From the NCBI GenBank assembly GCA_964637115.1, contig CAZWVL010000007.1:1-64000 (forward strand): a stretch of DNA of 64,000 bases. Direction: 5' to 3'. The stretch comes from an uncultured Methanosarcinales archaeon (GTDB taxonomy: Archaea; Nanobdellota; Nanobdellia; Woesearchaeales; ARS49). Shown here in pieces: positions 28,864 to 39,143 of this stretch; position 1 is the first letter of the stretch, and each line of letters opens with the position of its first letter. Below the pieces are notes generated by a model, which was given only the letters and a program-made list of their open reading frames with translations, had not been told where the DNA came from and did not search any database. Position numbers and translations under genes: made by a program.

Positions 28864-29598
28864 TTATTTCGGCAATTCAAGTGTGTAAACAGTATCTTCC
28901 ACGTGCTTTTTCCACTCAAAAAGCTTTGCTCTTGGGTCGTCTGCAGGATACGGACGGTGCAGGCACTTTACAAAAGTATTTGCGACAGTCTTGAAGCCCT
29001 TTGCCCTTGCGTCAACAAAAAAAGCCATGTCCTCGCCGCCAGTTGCAGAATTATCAAAAGTGCGGAAAGAAATTTCCTTCAAAACTTTCTTTGAGATTAA
29101 TGTGCAGCCAAGGCCGGCAGCGCCGATTTCCAAAACTTGCTGCTTGGCAGCACCTTCATAAGTGTATAATTGGCACTGACCATTGCCGATATCTTTGAAC
29201 AAGACTGGCGCGACAACCGGCTTGCCATCAATCTGGAAAACACTCAAATAGGCACCGGCAACAACATCATACTTGGTTGCCAGCAACGCTTCTAATGTCC
29301 TTGGATGAATCAAGACATCGCTGTCAAGAAACAAAAGATAATCATAATCGTTCTTCAAAGCGTGGTCGCGAATGTAATTCCTGCCGTTCACAATCTTTTC
29401 AATTCTGGTTTTGGCGGGCTTCGGGTCTTCAACAGCTTTCCAGTTCTTGGAGCGGATTAAAGCAGCGTAAGCTGATTCACCGTTATTAACTACAAAGAGA
29501 ATATCTGCCTTGACTGTCTGCCTGCCCAGACATTGAAGAAATTCATCAAGACAATAACGCTGCTTGCCATAAGTCACGATGCCGATAAGGACTTTCAT
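28864..29598 (-). CDS. Family 2 glycosyltransferase
   Basis: YDYLLFLDSDV DxD motif, GLGCTLI, GEDMAF. Confidence 0.85.
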   Translation of the reverse strand: MKVLIGIVTYGKQRYCLDEFLQCLGRQTVKADILFVVNNGESAYAALIRSKNWKAVEDPKPAKTRIEKIVNGRNYIRDHALKNDYDYLLFLDSDVLIHPRTLEALLATKYDVVAGAYLSVFQIDGKPVVAPVLFKDIGNGQCQLYTYEGAAKQQVLEIGAAGLGCTLISKKVLKEISFRTFDNSATGGEDMAFFVDARAKGFKTVANTFVKCLHRPYPADDPRAKLFEWKKHVEDTVYTLELPK

Positions 29599-29761
29599 GC
29601 AGAATGCTTTCAATGACAGGGTTTTAATCTTTTCGTTCAGCTTTAGTTACTAGACTGGAGTAATTTAATAATTATCTTCAATATGGAAAATAATTACTTT
29701 TCGTCAAAAAATTTAAATACACAACACCATAGAGAAAATAAATCAAAAAGGGGAGTATTGG

Positions 29762-31852
29762 ATGGGGCGCATACAAAAAGTCAGGAAAAGGGACGGCAGC
29801 ACAGAGCAATTCCAGCCAGGAAAAATAGAAATAGCGGTTGGAAAAGCACTTGCTTCCGTAGGCAGAAAAGACAAAGGCCTGTCAAAGAAATTAGCTGCAC
29901 AAGTAGTCAAGGAACTAGAAAAACATTTTACCTTGAAAGTAATTCCCGCAGTGGAAGACATACAAGACATTGTTGAAGAAGTCTTGCTGAAGAACAGACT
30001 AACGGACGTTGCAAAATCATTCATCATCTACCGAGCGCAGCACAAAGAAATCAGGGAATTCAAAACATTTCTTGGCGTACGCGATGAATTAAAATTAACA
30101 CCAAACGCGATAAAAGTCCTTGCATCGCGCTACTTATTACGCGATGAAAAAGGCAACATCACAGAAACACCTGCGCGGCTTTTTAGAAGAGTAGCAAAAG
30201 CAGTTGCGGCAGCGGATGCCCTTTACAAGAAAGGCGCTTTGAAAAGAACAGAAGAAGAATTTTATTCAATTCTCTCAAATCTGGAGTTTATACCAAACAC
30301 TCCAACATTAATGAATGCGGGAGCGCCAGTAGGGCAGCTAAGCGCGTGCTTTGTTCTTCCAGTAGGCGATTCACTCGTAGAGATATTTGATGCGCTAAAG
30401 TACACGGCCCAAATCCAGCAGAGTGGTGGAGGCACTGGATTTTCATTCTCACACTTAAGACCTAGAGGCGACATAGTCAAAAGCACAAAAGGCGTCGCTT
30501 CAGGACCAATAAGCTTCATGCGCGTATTTGACATGACAACAGAAATATTGAAGCAGGGTGGAAAAAGAAGAGGAGCCAATATGGGAATTCTAAAGTGCGA
30601 TCACCCGGACATTATTGATTTCATCACAGCAAAAAGCAGGGAAGACATGCTCCAAAACTTCAACATCTCGGTAGCTGCAACTGATTCCTTTATGGAAGCA
30701 GTGCAGAAAGGACACGAATATGACTTGGTTAATCCGCACACCAAACAAAAAGTCAAACGCGTAAACGCTGCAGAAATATTTGATTTAATCGTCGCGAACG
30801 CCTGGCGAACAGGAGACCCAGGAATGATATTCATCGACGAGATAAACAGAAAGAATCCGACGGCAGCAACAGGACTAATTGAAAGCACAAATCCGTGCGG
30901 AGAACAGCCACTGCATCCATACGAAAGCTGCAATCTTGGGTCCATTAATCTGACAAACATGCTCAAGAACGGCAAAATGGACTGGGACAAATTCAAACAA
31001 ACAATACACACTGCCGTGCACTTTTTAGATAACGTAATTGACGTCAACAAGTATCCTCTGCCTCAAATTGAGATGGTTACAAAGGCAAACAGGCGCATTG
31101 GTCTTGGAGTAATGGGCTTTGCAGAGCTCTTGATAAACATTGGAATACCATACGATTCAGACAAAGCAACACAATTTGGAGACAAGTTGATGAAATTCCT
31201 GAACGATGAATCCAGAAAGGCAAGTAATAAGCTCGGCGAAGAACGAGGAAGCTTCCCCAACTTTGAAAGAAGCACGTGGAAAGGAAAGTTCAAGGCAACA
31301 CGCAATGCAACAGTAACAACCATTGCGCCAACCGGAACTATTTCCATAATTGCAGGAGCAACATCAGGCATTGAACCATTATTTGCCGTTACTTTTGTAC
31401 GCGACGTTCTTGAAGGGACGCATCTGCTGGAAGTAAATCCATCATTTGAAAAGATTGCACGCAAAAGAGGCTTTTACTCAAAGTCATTAATGATGAAAAT
31501 AGCCAAAACAGGCAAAGTTACCGGCTTAAAAGAAGTTCCAAGAGATGTTCAAAGATTGTTCAAGACAGCGCTTGAAATAAAACCAGAAACACACGTCAAA
31601 ATGCAGGCAGCATTCCAAAAATTCTGCGACAACGCAGTCAGCAAGACAATCAACCTGCCAGCCACTGCAACGCCACAAGACATCAAGAAAGCATATTTGC
31701 TTGCCTACAAATTAAAGTGCAAAGGAATTACAGTTTACAGATACGGCAGCAAAAAAGAGCAAGTTCTCTATATCGGCAAAGCGCCTGAAGAAATTGTTTC
31801 AGCCAAATCAGAATATGCCGGCGGGCATGTTTGTTTGGAGTGCATGTTCTAA
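29762..31852 (+). CDS. nrdJ: Class II (AdoCbl-dependent) ribonucleotide reductase with N-terminal ATP cone
   Basis: KVRKRDG ATP cone, QLSACF, GGGTG, RRGANMG, TNPCGEQPL...CNLGS, TIAPTGTIS. Confidence 0.92.
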   Translation: MGRIQKVRKRDGSTEQFQPGKIEIAVGKALASVGRKDKGLSKKLAAQVVKELEKHFTLKVIPAVEDIQDIVEEVLLKNRLTDVAKSFIIYRAQHKEIREFKTFLGVRDELKLTPNAIKVLASRYLLRDEKGNITETPARLFRRVAKAVAAADALYKKGALKRTEEEFYSILSNLEFIPNTPTLMNAGAPVGQLSACFVLPVGDSLVEIFDALKYTAQIQQSGGGTGFSFSHLRPRGDIVKSTKGVASGPISFMRVFDMTTEILKQGGKRRGANMGILKCDHPDIIDFITAKSREDMLQNFNISVAATDSFMEAVQKGHEYDLVNPHTKQKVKRVNAAEIFDLIVANAWRTGDPGMIFIDEINRKNPTAATGLIESTNPCGEQPLHPYESCNLGSINLTNMLKNGKMDWDKFKQTIHTAVHFLDNVIDVNKYPLPQIEMVTKANRRIGLGVMGFAELLINIGIPYDSDKATQFGDKLMKFLNDESRKASNKLGEERGSFPNFERSTWKGKFKATRNATVTTIAPTGTISIIAGATSGIEPLFAVTFVRDVLEGTHLLEVNPSFEKIARKRGFYSKSLMMKIAKTGKVTGLKEVPRDVQRLFKTALEIKPETHVKMQAAFQKFCDNAVSKTINLPATATPQDIKKAYLLAYKLKCKGITVYRYGSKKEQVLYIGKAPEEIVSAKSEYAGGHVCLECMF

Positions 31853-31884
31853 AAGACCGTCTTAGAGGGTAGGGGTTTCTCACT

Positions 31885-32469
31885 CTACTTAGCCAATGGC
31901 TTCTTAGCAATGATGTCAGCAACTTCAGCGGTTCCGCCTACCGCAAGATTTGCTTTCCTTTCCTCATAATGTAAAATCTCCCAATTTGTGTATGCTTGTT
32001 TCAGTTCGTTGTGAGCAAATACTTTCTTCTGGTCCTCGAAAGGCTTCGACGTGAAAGCGGTTACCACATTGATACCACCCGGAACCGTATGTTGTTTCAT
32101 TGCATGAATTGCACGGGTAGCATCTTCAGGAGAGAGTACGTGTAAAACATTAACGCAGATGATGCAGTCAAATTGTTTGCTCCACTCGTACCGTTCAAGC
32201 GTTCCGACCTGAACATCTACCGATAATCCTTCTGCATTTGCTTGCGCTTGCAAATCCTTTAGCGGTTCAGCAGCAGGATCAAGCGCAATAACCTTGAATC
32301 CGTTGCGTGCCAGAAAGAGGGCATTGCGACCGGTAAATGCTCCAATGTCGAGCGCGTGAGGTACCTCTCGCGAGGGTTTCCAAAGCTTGAGCGCTTCCAC
32401 AACGAGTGCACTGGGATCGGTTCCGAAAAGGCGACCTTTCTCGGCAAAGGTTTTGTTCCATGAATTCAT
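31885..32469 (-). CDS. TehB-like SAM-dependent methyltransferase
   Basis: ALDIGAFTGRNALFLARNG, TVPGGIN. Confidence 0.85.
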   Translation of the reverse strand: MNSWNKTFAEKGRLFGTDPSALVVEALKLWKPSREVPHALDIGAFTGRNALFLARNGFKVIALDPAAEPLKDLQAQANAEGLSVDVQVGTLERYEWSKQFDCIICVNVLHVLSPEDATRAIHAMKQHTVPGGINVVTAFTSKPFEDQKKVFAHNELKQAYTNWEILHYEERKANLAVGGTAEVADIIAKKPLAK

Positions 32470-32562
32470 GTATTGCTTGAAACGAATACGGTATAAAAGA
32501 GTTCACCTTTTCGGGCGGTTCTCATCATGCTTCATTCAAACATTAAATCGAATATTTAGAAA

Positions 32563-32730
32563 CTATTCCTCTTCCTTTCCTTCTTCACTCATCACTTCCT
32601 CTTCGTAATCCTTGTGCTCCTCATCGTGGTGCTCCTTGTGCGCTTCCTTCTCGCGCTTTTCTATCTCTTCCCAGAGCTCCTGGACTTCCTTAGAGTGCTT
32701 CTTGTGATCTTTAGGAGATTCTTCGTGCAT
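32563..32730 (-). CDS. 55-aa His/Glu/Lys-rich microprotein
   Basis: MHEESPKDHKKHSKEVQELWEEIEKREKEAHKEHHDEEHKDYEEEVMSEEGKEEE; TTTATAAA upstream. Confidence 0.6.
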   Translation of the reverse strand: MHEESPKDHKKHSKEVQELWEEIEKREKEAHKEHHDEEHKDYEEEVMSEEGKEEE

Positions 32731-32847
32731 AGGGCATATTTCGCAAACTTGATTTATAAAGGTTGCTAAAGGCATATTACTCAAAATAAATTGACTCAAC
32801 TAACGTCGAGAAAAAGCATATTGGGAAGGGGGCATTTTGAGTCAAGT

Positions 32848-35490
32848 ATGAGCAGCAAAAAAACAATCGGGGACCAGAATACGGTCATTGGAAAGAACAT
32901 CAACAGAAAGGTAGTGCCATTTGCGAAAAAGCACCCTGACTCGGCAGAAGCACACTTTCTCAAATTAATACAAGCCGAGAAGGCAAAAGCGCGAATAAGA
33001 GGCCCCATAAAAAGCATAGAATTGGACTTTGATGAAAAACCGGATTCAACAGAGAAAAAAGAAAACAACTGCGTAAACTGCATAGCAGGCATAAAGTACA
33101 TGCGCAAAGTTGACATTTATGTCAACGATAAAAAACTGAATTTTGGCGAGACAGGAACGATGATGGGCGAAGACTGTTTCACAATAACATCAGGACTCTG
33201 CCAGGCGCTTCCAGACAAGAACTACAAGCCAAGAGTAATTGAGCCTAAAGAGCACCGAAGGAACGTTGACAAGGCCGCAAAAGCAAAAATCCCCCTCGAA
33301 AATCTTTCAAACAAAGTTGTAGCAAGCTTGAGAGAGCAAGGATACGACCTCACACAAAGAATACGAGCAGACTTAGCAGACGGAATACAGGAACAAATAA
33401 TGGCTGGAGAGTTCAGCGGATTGCAAAAAGAACTCGACCCAGGAAGATTTTTGGACGTATATGATTGGGCATCAGCACAACCAAACACAGACAAAAGAAT
33501 CATAAAAACCGTTACCCTGCTCGCCACAAACCCAGAAAGCGTAAGGCCGAAAGACATGGCAGACCTTGTTCTATACGAATGGCAGACAAGACTTTGGACA
33601 ACAAGCGGAGAACTGGGAGGACTAAAGGAAGACATACACTACCTCGCAACACTTTCAAAGAATAAACCAGACAGCCCTGTAATAAAAGAATACGGCAAAG
33701 TTGACCTTGAAAAGAAACTTGACCCTATCAGAGTCTGGGACAGAGCAACCTGGGAAGAGCTAACTCTCAGAGATGTTATTGGAGATACTCCTGAAGAATT
33801 GAAAGCAAAATCAAAAGATGAGCAAAACAAAGGCAAACCTGCAATAAGCAAAGCACAAGCAAGATCAGTAAAGTACGCAGTGTCTGGGCTAAGAGAAAGA
33901 AGAATATTCCACAATAGAGAAATAGTCAGACAATACTGTCCCAGCCTGGACGAATTTGCAGACCTTCTCGAAAATGTTGAAAAACGATACAACAAAGAAA
34001 AAGCAGACTACTCTGCAGCAAAAAAAGCACGCATAAAAGAACCAGCAGGCAGTTGGAATTCAACATACAAGAAACTAGCTCCATTCTTTAGCCTAAAAGA
34101 AGAAGTCTACAAGACCAGAGCAAGACCAACACTAAGGCAAATCATACTTGACTACGTCTTCATGAAAGATGCAGACAAAGTAGTACGCGACTTGCTGGTA
34201 GAAGGAAGAAAACTGCAATTGAAAGATGAATCCATAATTGGACAAAAATACAGCACAGTGCAAGAGGCAGCCGACAAGATCTACAACAAAATTGAGAAGC
34301 CAGCCGAACGCCTGCAGAAATTCGATGAAGACCTCGACAAACTGCTCAATGGAGCAATAGAGTTTGATGAGAAAGTGGATGGCAAAAAAATAAAGCGCGT
34401 CACTCGCAAAACACAGAATAGATTCAATGACGCGGGAATTAGCCAGCAAACCGTTCGAAAACTGATTGCAGAAGTGCGAGAATCTGCCAGCGCCGGACTC
34501 GTGCCCACCAAATACATACAACCAAACGACGAAAAGAACAGTTTGCTAGAACGCGCGCTCAAGATAACAACAAACTATGAAAAAGACGACGGCAGCACTG
34601 CACAAAAAATTGGCTATTTAAGACAGCTGGAGAATGAGCTGGACGTCAAAATAGTAGACGTAAAAGCTGACGACGGCAGAACATCCCGAAAGAAAGCAGA
34701 TGCAAAATTCAGTGCAAAAGCATACGAAGGCAAGAAATACTTCAGCACTGCACAAAAAGAAGCGGTAAACAATGTACATGACATGCTGAACACAGAAATC
34801 AGAGAATTAAACATTCCGCAAGCCAAAAGAGCAGTGCAGGAAGTAGAGCAGTTCTACGAAAAACACAAAGTTTACTCAGACGTCTGGTTTAGAAAAGAAG
34901 AACTGTTCAGCCATGGAGCATCAATAAGATACAAGCCTTTCAAACAGTGCATCGAAATGGCTGAAGAAGTACAGAAATTCGGCAAAGGCGATGAAAGCAA
35001 GTACGTAAGGATGAATCAAAGACTGAGAGAAAGAATTGCAGGCCTGAAAAACCACGTAGCTGTTCCAAAAAACATCGATGAAGTTCTGGCAGGCGACAAT
35101 GTACTGCTTACGAGAAAACTTGTAAGCGACATAGATACAAGATACAAAGCAATAGCAGAACGCGTAATAATTGAAGGCGCTGAAAAGTACCAAAACCCGA
35201 ACATGCGCTATTTCGACATTATAGTGATGCGAAGAGATATAGACGACGACAAAGAAGACCACAGGATAAGATCAGCATACGGACCAAAAAGAAACGACAA
35301 TAAGCCGCTGCTTAAATGGGCAGATCCAGAGGACGGAATCCGCAGATTCAGCAACATGACCGTAGAGCCACACCCCAGTTGGGGAACATGGTACGGCAGA
35401 GGAAGACCACGAGACTACGTGGAAAAATTATGCGCCAAAGCAGAAGCCGAGAGAGGAGTATATCTCAAAATAGTCAATGCGCGCAGATAA
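32848..35490 (+). CDS. Large hypothetical protein (880 aa)
   Basis: Long uninterrupted ORF; N-terminal CVNC...GEDC...C cluster; no recognised domain. Confidence 0.8.
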   Translation: MSSKKTIGDQNTVIGKNINRKVVPFAKKHPDSAEAHFLKLIQAEKAKARIRGPIKSIELDFDEKPDSTEKKENNCVNCIAGIKYMRKVDIYVNDKKLNFGETGTMMGEDCFTITSGLCQALPDKNYKPRVIEPKEHRRNVDKAAKAKIPLENLSNKVVASLREQGYDLTQRIRADLADGIQEQIMAGEFSGLQKELDPGRFLDVYDWASAQPNTDKRIIKTVTLLATNPESVRPKDMADLVLYEWQTRLWTTSGELGGLKEDIHYLATLSKNKPDSPVIKEYGKVDLEKKLDPIRVWDRATWEELTLRDVIGDTPEELKAKSKDEQNKGKPAISKAQARSVKYAVSGLRERRIFHNREIVRQYCPSLDEFADLLENVEKRYNKEKADYSAAKKARIKEPAGSWNSTYKKLAPFFSLKEEVYKTRARPTLRQIILDYVFMKDADKVVRDLLVEGRKLQLKDESIIGQKYSTVQEAADKIYNKIEKPAERLQKFDEDLDKLLNGAIEFDEKVDGKKIKRVTRKTQNRFNDAGISQQTVRKLIAEVRESASAGLVPTKYIQPNDEKNSLLERALKITTNYEKDDGSTAQKIGYLRQLENELDVKIVDVKADDGRTSRKKADAKFSAKAYEGKKYFSTAQKEAVNNVHDMLNTEIRELNIPQAKRAVQEVEQFYEKHKVYSDVWFRKEELFSHGASIRYKPFKQCIEMAEEVQKFGKGDESKYVRMNQRLRERIAGLKNHVAVPKNIDEVLAGDNVLLTRKLVSDIDTRYKAIAERVIIEGAEKYQNPNMRYFDIIVMRRDIDDDKEDHRIRSAYGPKRNDNKPLLKWADPEDGIRRFSNMTVEPHPSWGTWYGRGRPRDYVEKLCAKAEAERGVYLKIVNARR

Positions 35491-35530
35491 GTCGCAGGAT
35501 ATTTAAACTTCTTTTACTTTTATTTTAAAA

Positions 35531-36271
35531 ATGTTTGGCGCAGTGAAGAGAACATTGTGTGAAATAGTTCTTGCAGGATTTGCAATATTGCCAATCGGAT
35601 GCGGAGCAATACAATCCGAATCTGTTCCAGGACAGCAAGCCGAGCAGCAGACCAAGTCTGTCATAAAACAAACAATCGATTACTTTGTAAACAAAGAATT
35701 CGCTAAGGCGCAAGGACTTCTGGAACAGAGATGGGACTATCTCGGCAAAGAATACCGGGCCAAACTAGAAGTGGCTCAGAAGACGCCAAGCATTTTTGTT
35801 CCAGTTCCCCAGCTAACGCCAAGCGAAGAAGCGCTGCTGGCACTCTCATATTCAATGAACAACCATTACGACAAGGCAGAATCACGCTTTACCAGCCTAA
35901 TGACGCATTTCAAAAACCAGCCTGTTGAAACCATAGCAGATATAGAAAACAACCTCCATCACTTCTTTAAAACAGCGCAGTATGAGCGCGCAGAAAAAAT
36001 AGCTGTCAGTTCCACAGGATTGTTCCCAAGAATGAACGCAGTCGTAGGCTTCCTAAAGCTAGGAAAAAGAGACTATGAAGGAGCACTCACTTACTTTGGG
36101 CGAGCAGTGCCAAACTTTGAAGAAAGCACAGTCAAAGAATACCGCGCAGCTTTTGAAAAACTGCTGATAGAAGGATGCAAAATACAGCATCCTGACGTTA
36201 CAGAATATGCAAAGATACTCAGCGAATTGTACAGGGTCAAAGGAAAAGAACCTGAGAAAAACGCGCCTTAA
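35531..36271 (+). CDS. TPR-like lipoprotein
   Basis: Lipobox LPIGC; YDKAESRF, YERAEKIA, DYEGALTYFGRA repeats. Confidence 0.7.
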   Translation: MFGAVKRTLCEIVLAGFAILPIGCGAIQSESVPGQQAEQQTKSVIKQTIDYFVNKEFAKAQGLLEQRWDYLGKEYRAKLEVAQKTPSIFVPVPQLTPSEEALLALSYSMNNHYDKAESRFTSLMTHFKNQPVETIADIENNLHHFFKTAQYERAEKIAVSSTGLFPRMNAVVGFLKLGKRDYEGALTYFGRAVPNFEESTVKEYRAAFEKLLIEGCKIQHPDVTEYAKILSELYRVKGKEPEKNAP

Positions 36272-36864
36272 CGAGAAGAATCTGCCTGTCTTTCTATTTC
36301 TCCCTTCTTCATAATAGCCAAAGACTTAGGATCAAGCCTGAAAGCGCAGAGAATTTCGTCAGCAAGAGCTTCCTGAACTGAAGTCTTCTTGTTAAAACAC
36401 CTGTCATAAGCGCCCTGGATGAAATATCTTAATGCAACATCAACCCTTCTTTGAGGAGCACAATCGGTTGCCTTAGGATAACGAGCGCCACCATATTCAA
36501 TCGTGACAATCTCCTCACGAGGAGCAGCGTTCTCCAAAGCCTTGACAAACACCGCAACAGGATTTTGTTTTATTTTCTGCTCGATAATCTTGAAAGCGTC
36601 CATAACAATGTTGTAAGCAAGCGCGCTCTTGCCAGTATTGTGGCCGGAACTTCTCAAATGCTTCTTGCCCTTGTGGCCCGGAATCATAACCTTGTTAATC
36701 AAACGCTCAACAATAAAAGTTCTTGACTTGTAGAATTTCTTGCCAGCATATCTTGCGCCGGTCTTCGGAACAAATCTTGCATCAAGAGTAATGTATCTCT
36801 GCAAACCCAGGTCATCAACCTTGATGCCTTCAGTCGTCCACTTGTTAAAAACAAGAACAGTCAT
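36268..36864 (-). CDS. rps7: 30S ribosomal protein S7
   Basis: IVERLINK, ENAAPREE, PQRRVDVALR, ERQADSSR. Confidence 0.96.
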   Translation of the reverse strand: MTVLVFNKWTTEGIKVDDLGLQRYITLDARFVPKTGARYAGKKFYKSRTFIVERLINKVMIPGHKGKKHLRSSGHNTGKSALAYNIVMDAFKIIEQKIKQNPVAVFVKALENAAPREEIVTIEYGGARYPKATDCAPQRRVDVALRYFIQGAYDRCFNKKTSVQEALADEILCAFRLDPKSLAIMKKGEIERQADSSR

Positions 36865-36865
36865 T

Positions 36866-37303
36866 TTACTTTCTCGCCTTCTCTATCTTGCCCTTCAACA
36901 GGGCATCCAAACTTTGATCATTAACCTTGATAACCTGCCAGCGAATGCCAGGAATATCTCCTTTTGATTTTCCCTGACAGCCGCCAATGCGCTCAATAAT
37001 AACCTCATCGTGCTCATCAATCAACTTCTGAGCGCCGTCCTTTGGCATGAACACGCCAACCTGCCTGCCATTCTTGACCAATTGAACACGACAACACTTC
37101 CTCATTGCAGAGTTAGGCTGCTTTGCTTCAACCTGGAACTTTTCAATCACAATACCCTTGGCCTGCGCAGCACCCTCCAACGGGTCTGCCTTCTTTGCAA
37201 GTTGAAGAACACGTCTGATATAGTTTCCATCGTGCCATCTGCCAAAATGCCTGCGTCTCTTCAACGCCTTTCCAGTGTTCAAACCATTTGATTTATTGCT
37301 CAT
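36866..37303 (-). CDS. rps12: 30S ribosomal protein S12 (uS12)
   Basis: [19 protein letters not shown]. Confidence 0.96.
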   Translation of the reverse strand: MSNKSNGLNTGKALKRRRHFGRWHDGNYIRRVLQLAKKADPLEGAAQAKGIVIEKFQVEAKQPNSAMRKCCRVQLVKNGRQVGVFMPKDGAQKLIDEHDEVIIERIGGCQGKSKGDIPGIRWQVIKVNDQSLDALLKGKIEKARK

Positions 37304-37713
37304 ACAACTCTCAATTCCTTAATCGGAAAGTACCTCTGCACAATCGCTTCGGACAAGCGAAGATTAGAGGCCCCACGACCTATCAGCAAGCCACGGGTTT
37401 TTAAATCTTTCGCAGCCAAAAAGAGGGTGGAATCCTCCAATTTTGCCTCTTTCAACTCCAATGGAGCCACGACATTCTTCACAAATTGAATAACGTCAGT
37501 ATGATATTCAACAATTTTAACACGCTTCTTTAATTTGAATTCAAGATTGCGAACGTGCTGGCCGCCCCTGCCAATAGCCTTCGCAATCTCGCCCTCGTGG
37601 ACGATAAAAATAACCTGCTCATCTCCAGGCACGCAGTCCTTAACATGGGCGCCGGTCAACTGTTCGAACAAAACGATTGTCTGCAACGTATTAGTATCAA
37701 GAACTATCTTCAT
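37300..37713 (-). CDS. nusA: NusA-like transcription factor (archaeal)
   Basis: KH motifs AIGRGG and LIGRGASN; operon position. Confidence 0.92.
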   Translation of the reverse strand: MKIVLDTNTLQTIVLFEQLTGAHVKDCVPGDEQVIFIVHEGEIAKAIGRGGQHVRNLEFKLKKRVKIVEYHTDVIQFVKNVVAPLELKEAKLEDSTLFLAAKDLKTRGLLIGRGASNLRLSEAIVQRYFPIKELRVV

Positions 37714-37991
37714 GCGCTAACGCCAACAACAGAAACAGCAAATGGCTTTTTGCATATGACACCTATTTCATCATTGCTCTGCACGAGCTCAACACATTCA
37801 ACATTGCCAACCTTGCACAATTGCTCGATGTCAGCCTTTGATTCTGGTTCGCAGTTTGATGACAGGTAAACCTTCTTTATTTTGCCCTGACGCAACATTT
37901 TAACCGTAACATCAGCCCCCAAAACAGCTTTCTTTGATTCCAAAACCTTCTTCAGCTCAGAAACAATTTCTGCAACAACTTTCTTCACCAT
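37710..37991 (-). CDS. rpl30e: 50S ribosomal protein L30e
   Basis: AVLGAD..K, ELGxxC-like EIGVICKKPFAVS; operon position. Confidence 0.88.
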   Translation of the reverse strand: MVKKVVAEIVSELKKVLESKKAVLGADVTVKMLRQGKIKKVYLSSNCEPESKADIEQLCKVGNVECVELVQSNDEIGVICKKPFAVSVVGVSA

Positions 37992-37992
37992 A

Positions 37993-39135
37993 TTACTTCT
38001 TCACCTTGGTAATTTTTGTAATCAAACCCGGCAAACCAGTACCGACAGGAACAGCCTGGTTAAGCATAACGTTCTCAACAACGCTGTTAAGCATATCAAC
38101 CTCTCCTTTCAATGCAGCATTAATAACGTGCTTGATAGGAGTTTCAAATGACGCTCTTGCAAGAACAGAAGCTTTCTCGCTGACAACACCATAACGGGTG
38201 ATGCCCTTAATCTCGCCGCTCACAGTCATAGTATCAGCAACAAGCATAATGTGACGGATGTCAACGTTAAGTCCTTGGGTCTCAATAACCTTGAAAACTT
38301 CGTCCATAATGGCCTGCCTGGCAGCCTCGACGCCCAAAACTTCTGAAATCTCATAAATGTCATTAGTTGAAGTTCTCTCAGTATCAACAAAGTCAAGCTC
38401 GAAAACCTTCTTCAGGTTGCTTCCTGCAGTAATGATGATGAACTCGTCCTTTCTTTTGACAGGCAAAATCTGGGTAACACCCTTAATGCCCTTGATGTAA
38501 ACATCCTTCGCCTTTTCCTTCAAGCGATACAAAGCATTCAAACCTTTTTCCTCTTCCTTGCCCTTAAGCTTCAAAGTAATAACACCAGCATCATACTTGA
38601 CAGAGGCCTCTGAAGACAAACCCTTCTCAACAGCCTTTGAAACAATAGCACCAGTAAGCTCAAGCTCCTTCAACTTCTCAGAATCAAGCTTGAGTTCAAT
38701 CTTCAAATCAACAATGTTCATACTATACTCTGTAACAAACTCACCAAGCTTCGTTTCCTTGATCTCCAAAGCAATCTGCTTAATGTCCTTCCCCTTGTTG
38801 TACGGAGCTTTCAGGAAAATCTCCATTTGAGGAGTAGTAATTGACTTTCTACCATCAAGAATCTCAATAATTCTCGGCAGACCCATTGTGACGTTCATTT
38901 CCGCAACACCCGCGAAGTGGAAAGTGTTCAAAGTCATCTGCGTGCCAGGTTCGCCAATACTCTCAGCTCCAACAAGACCAACAGCCTCGCCTGCATCGAT
39001 CTTGGCAGCTTCATACTCTTCCAAAACTTTCTTGGCAACCTTCTTTATCTTGCCGGCAGGACAATTTTCCTCGATTTCCTTCAATAGGCTTGGAGTGAGC
39101 TTGCCTTCATATTCCTCAAGATCTTTGTGCACCAT
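37993..39135 (-). CDS. rpo1C: RNA polymerase subunit A'' (Rpo1C)
   Basis: [31 protein letters not shown]. Confidence 0.97.
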   Translation of the reverse strand: MVHKDLEEYEGKLTPSLLKEIEENCPAGKIKKVAKKVLEEYEAAKIDAGEAVGLVGAESIGEPGTQMTLNTFHFAGVAEMNVTMGLPRIIEILDGRKSITTPQMEIFLKAPYNKGKDIKQIALEIKETKLGEFVTEYSMNIVDLKIELKLDSEKLKELELTGAIVSKAVEKGLSSEASVKYDAGVITLKLKGKEEEKGLNALYRLKEKAKDVYIKGIKGVTQILPVKRKDEFIIITAGSNLKKVFELDFVDTERTSTNDIYEISEVLGVEAARQAIMDEVFKVIETQGLNVDIRHIMLVADTMTVSGEIKGITRYGVVSEKASVLARASFETPIKHVINAALKGEVDMLNSVVENVMLNQAVPVGTGLPGLITKITKVKK

Positions 39136-39143
39136 TTTCCACC

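Noticed and set aside
29650-29761. NrdR box upstream of nrdJ
   Set aside because: Only a partial match, and NrdR is a bacterial regulator with no gene seen here.
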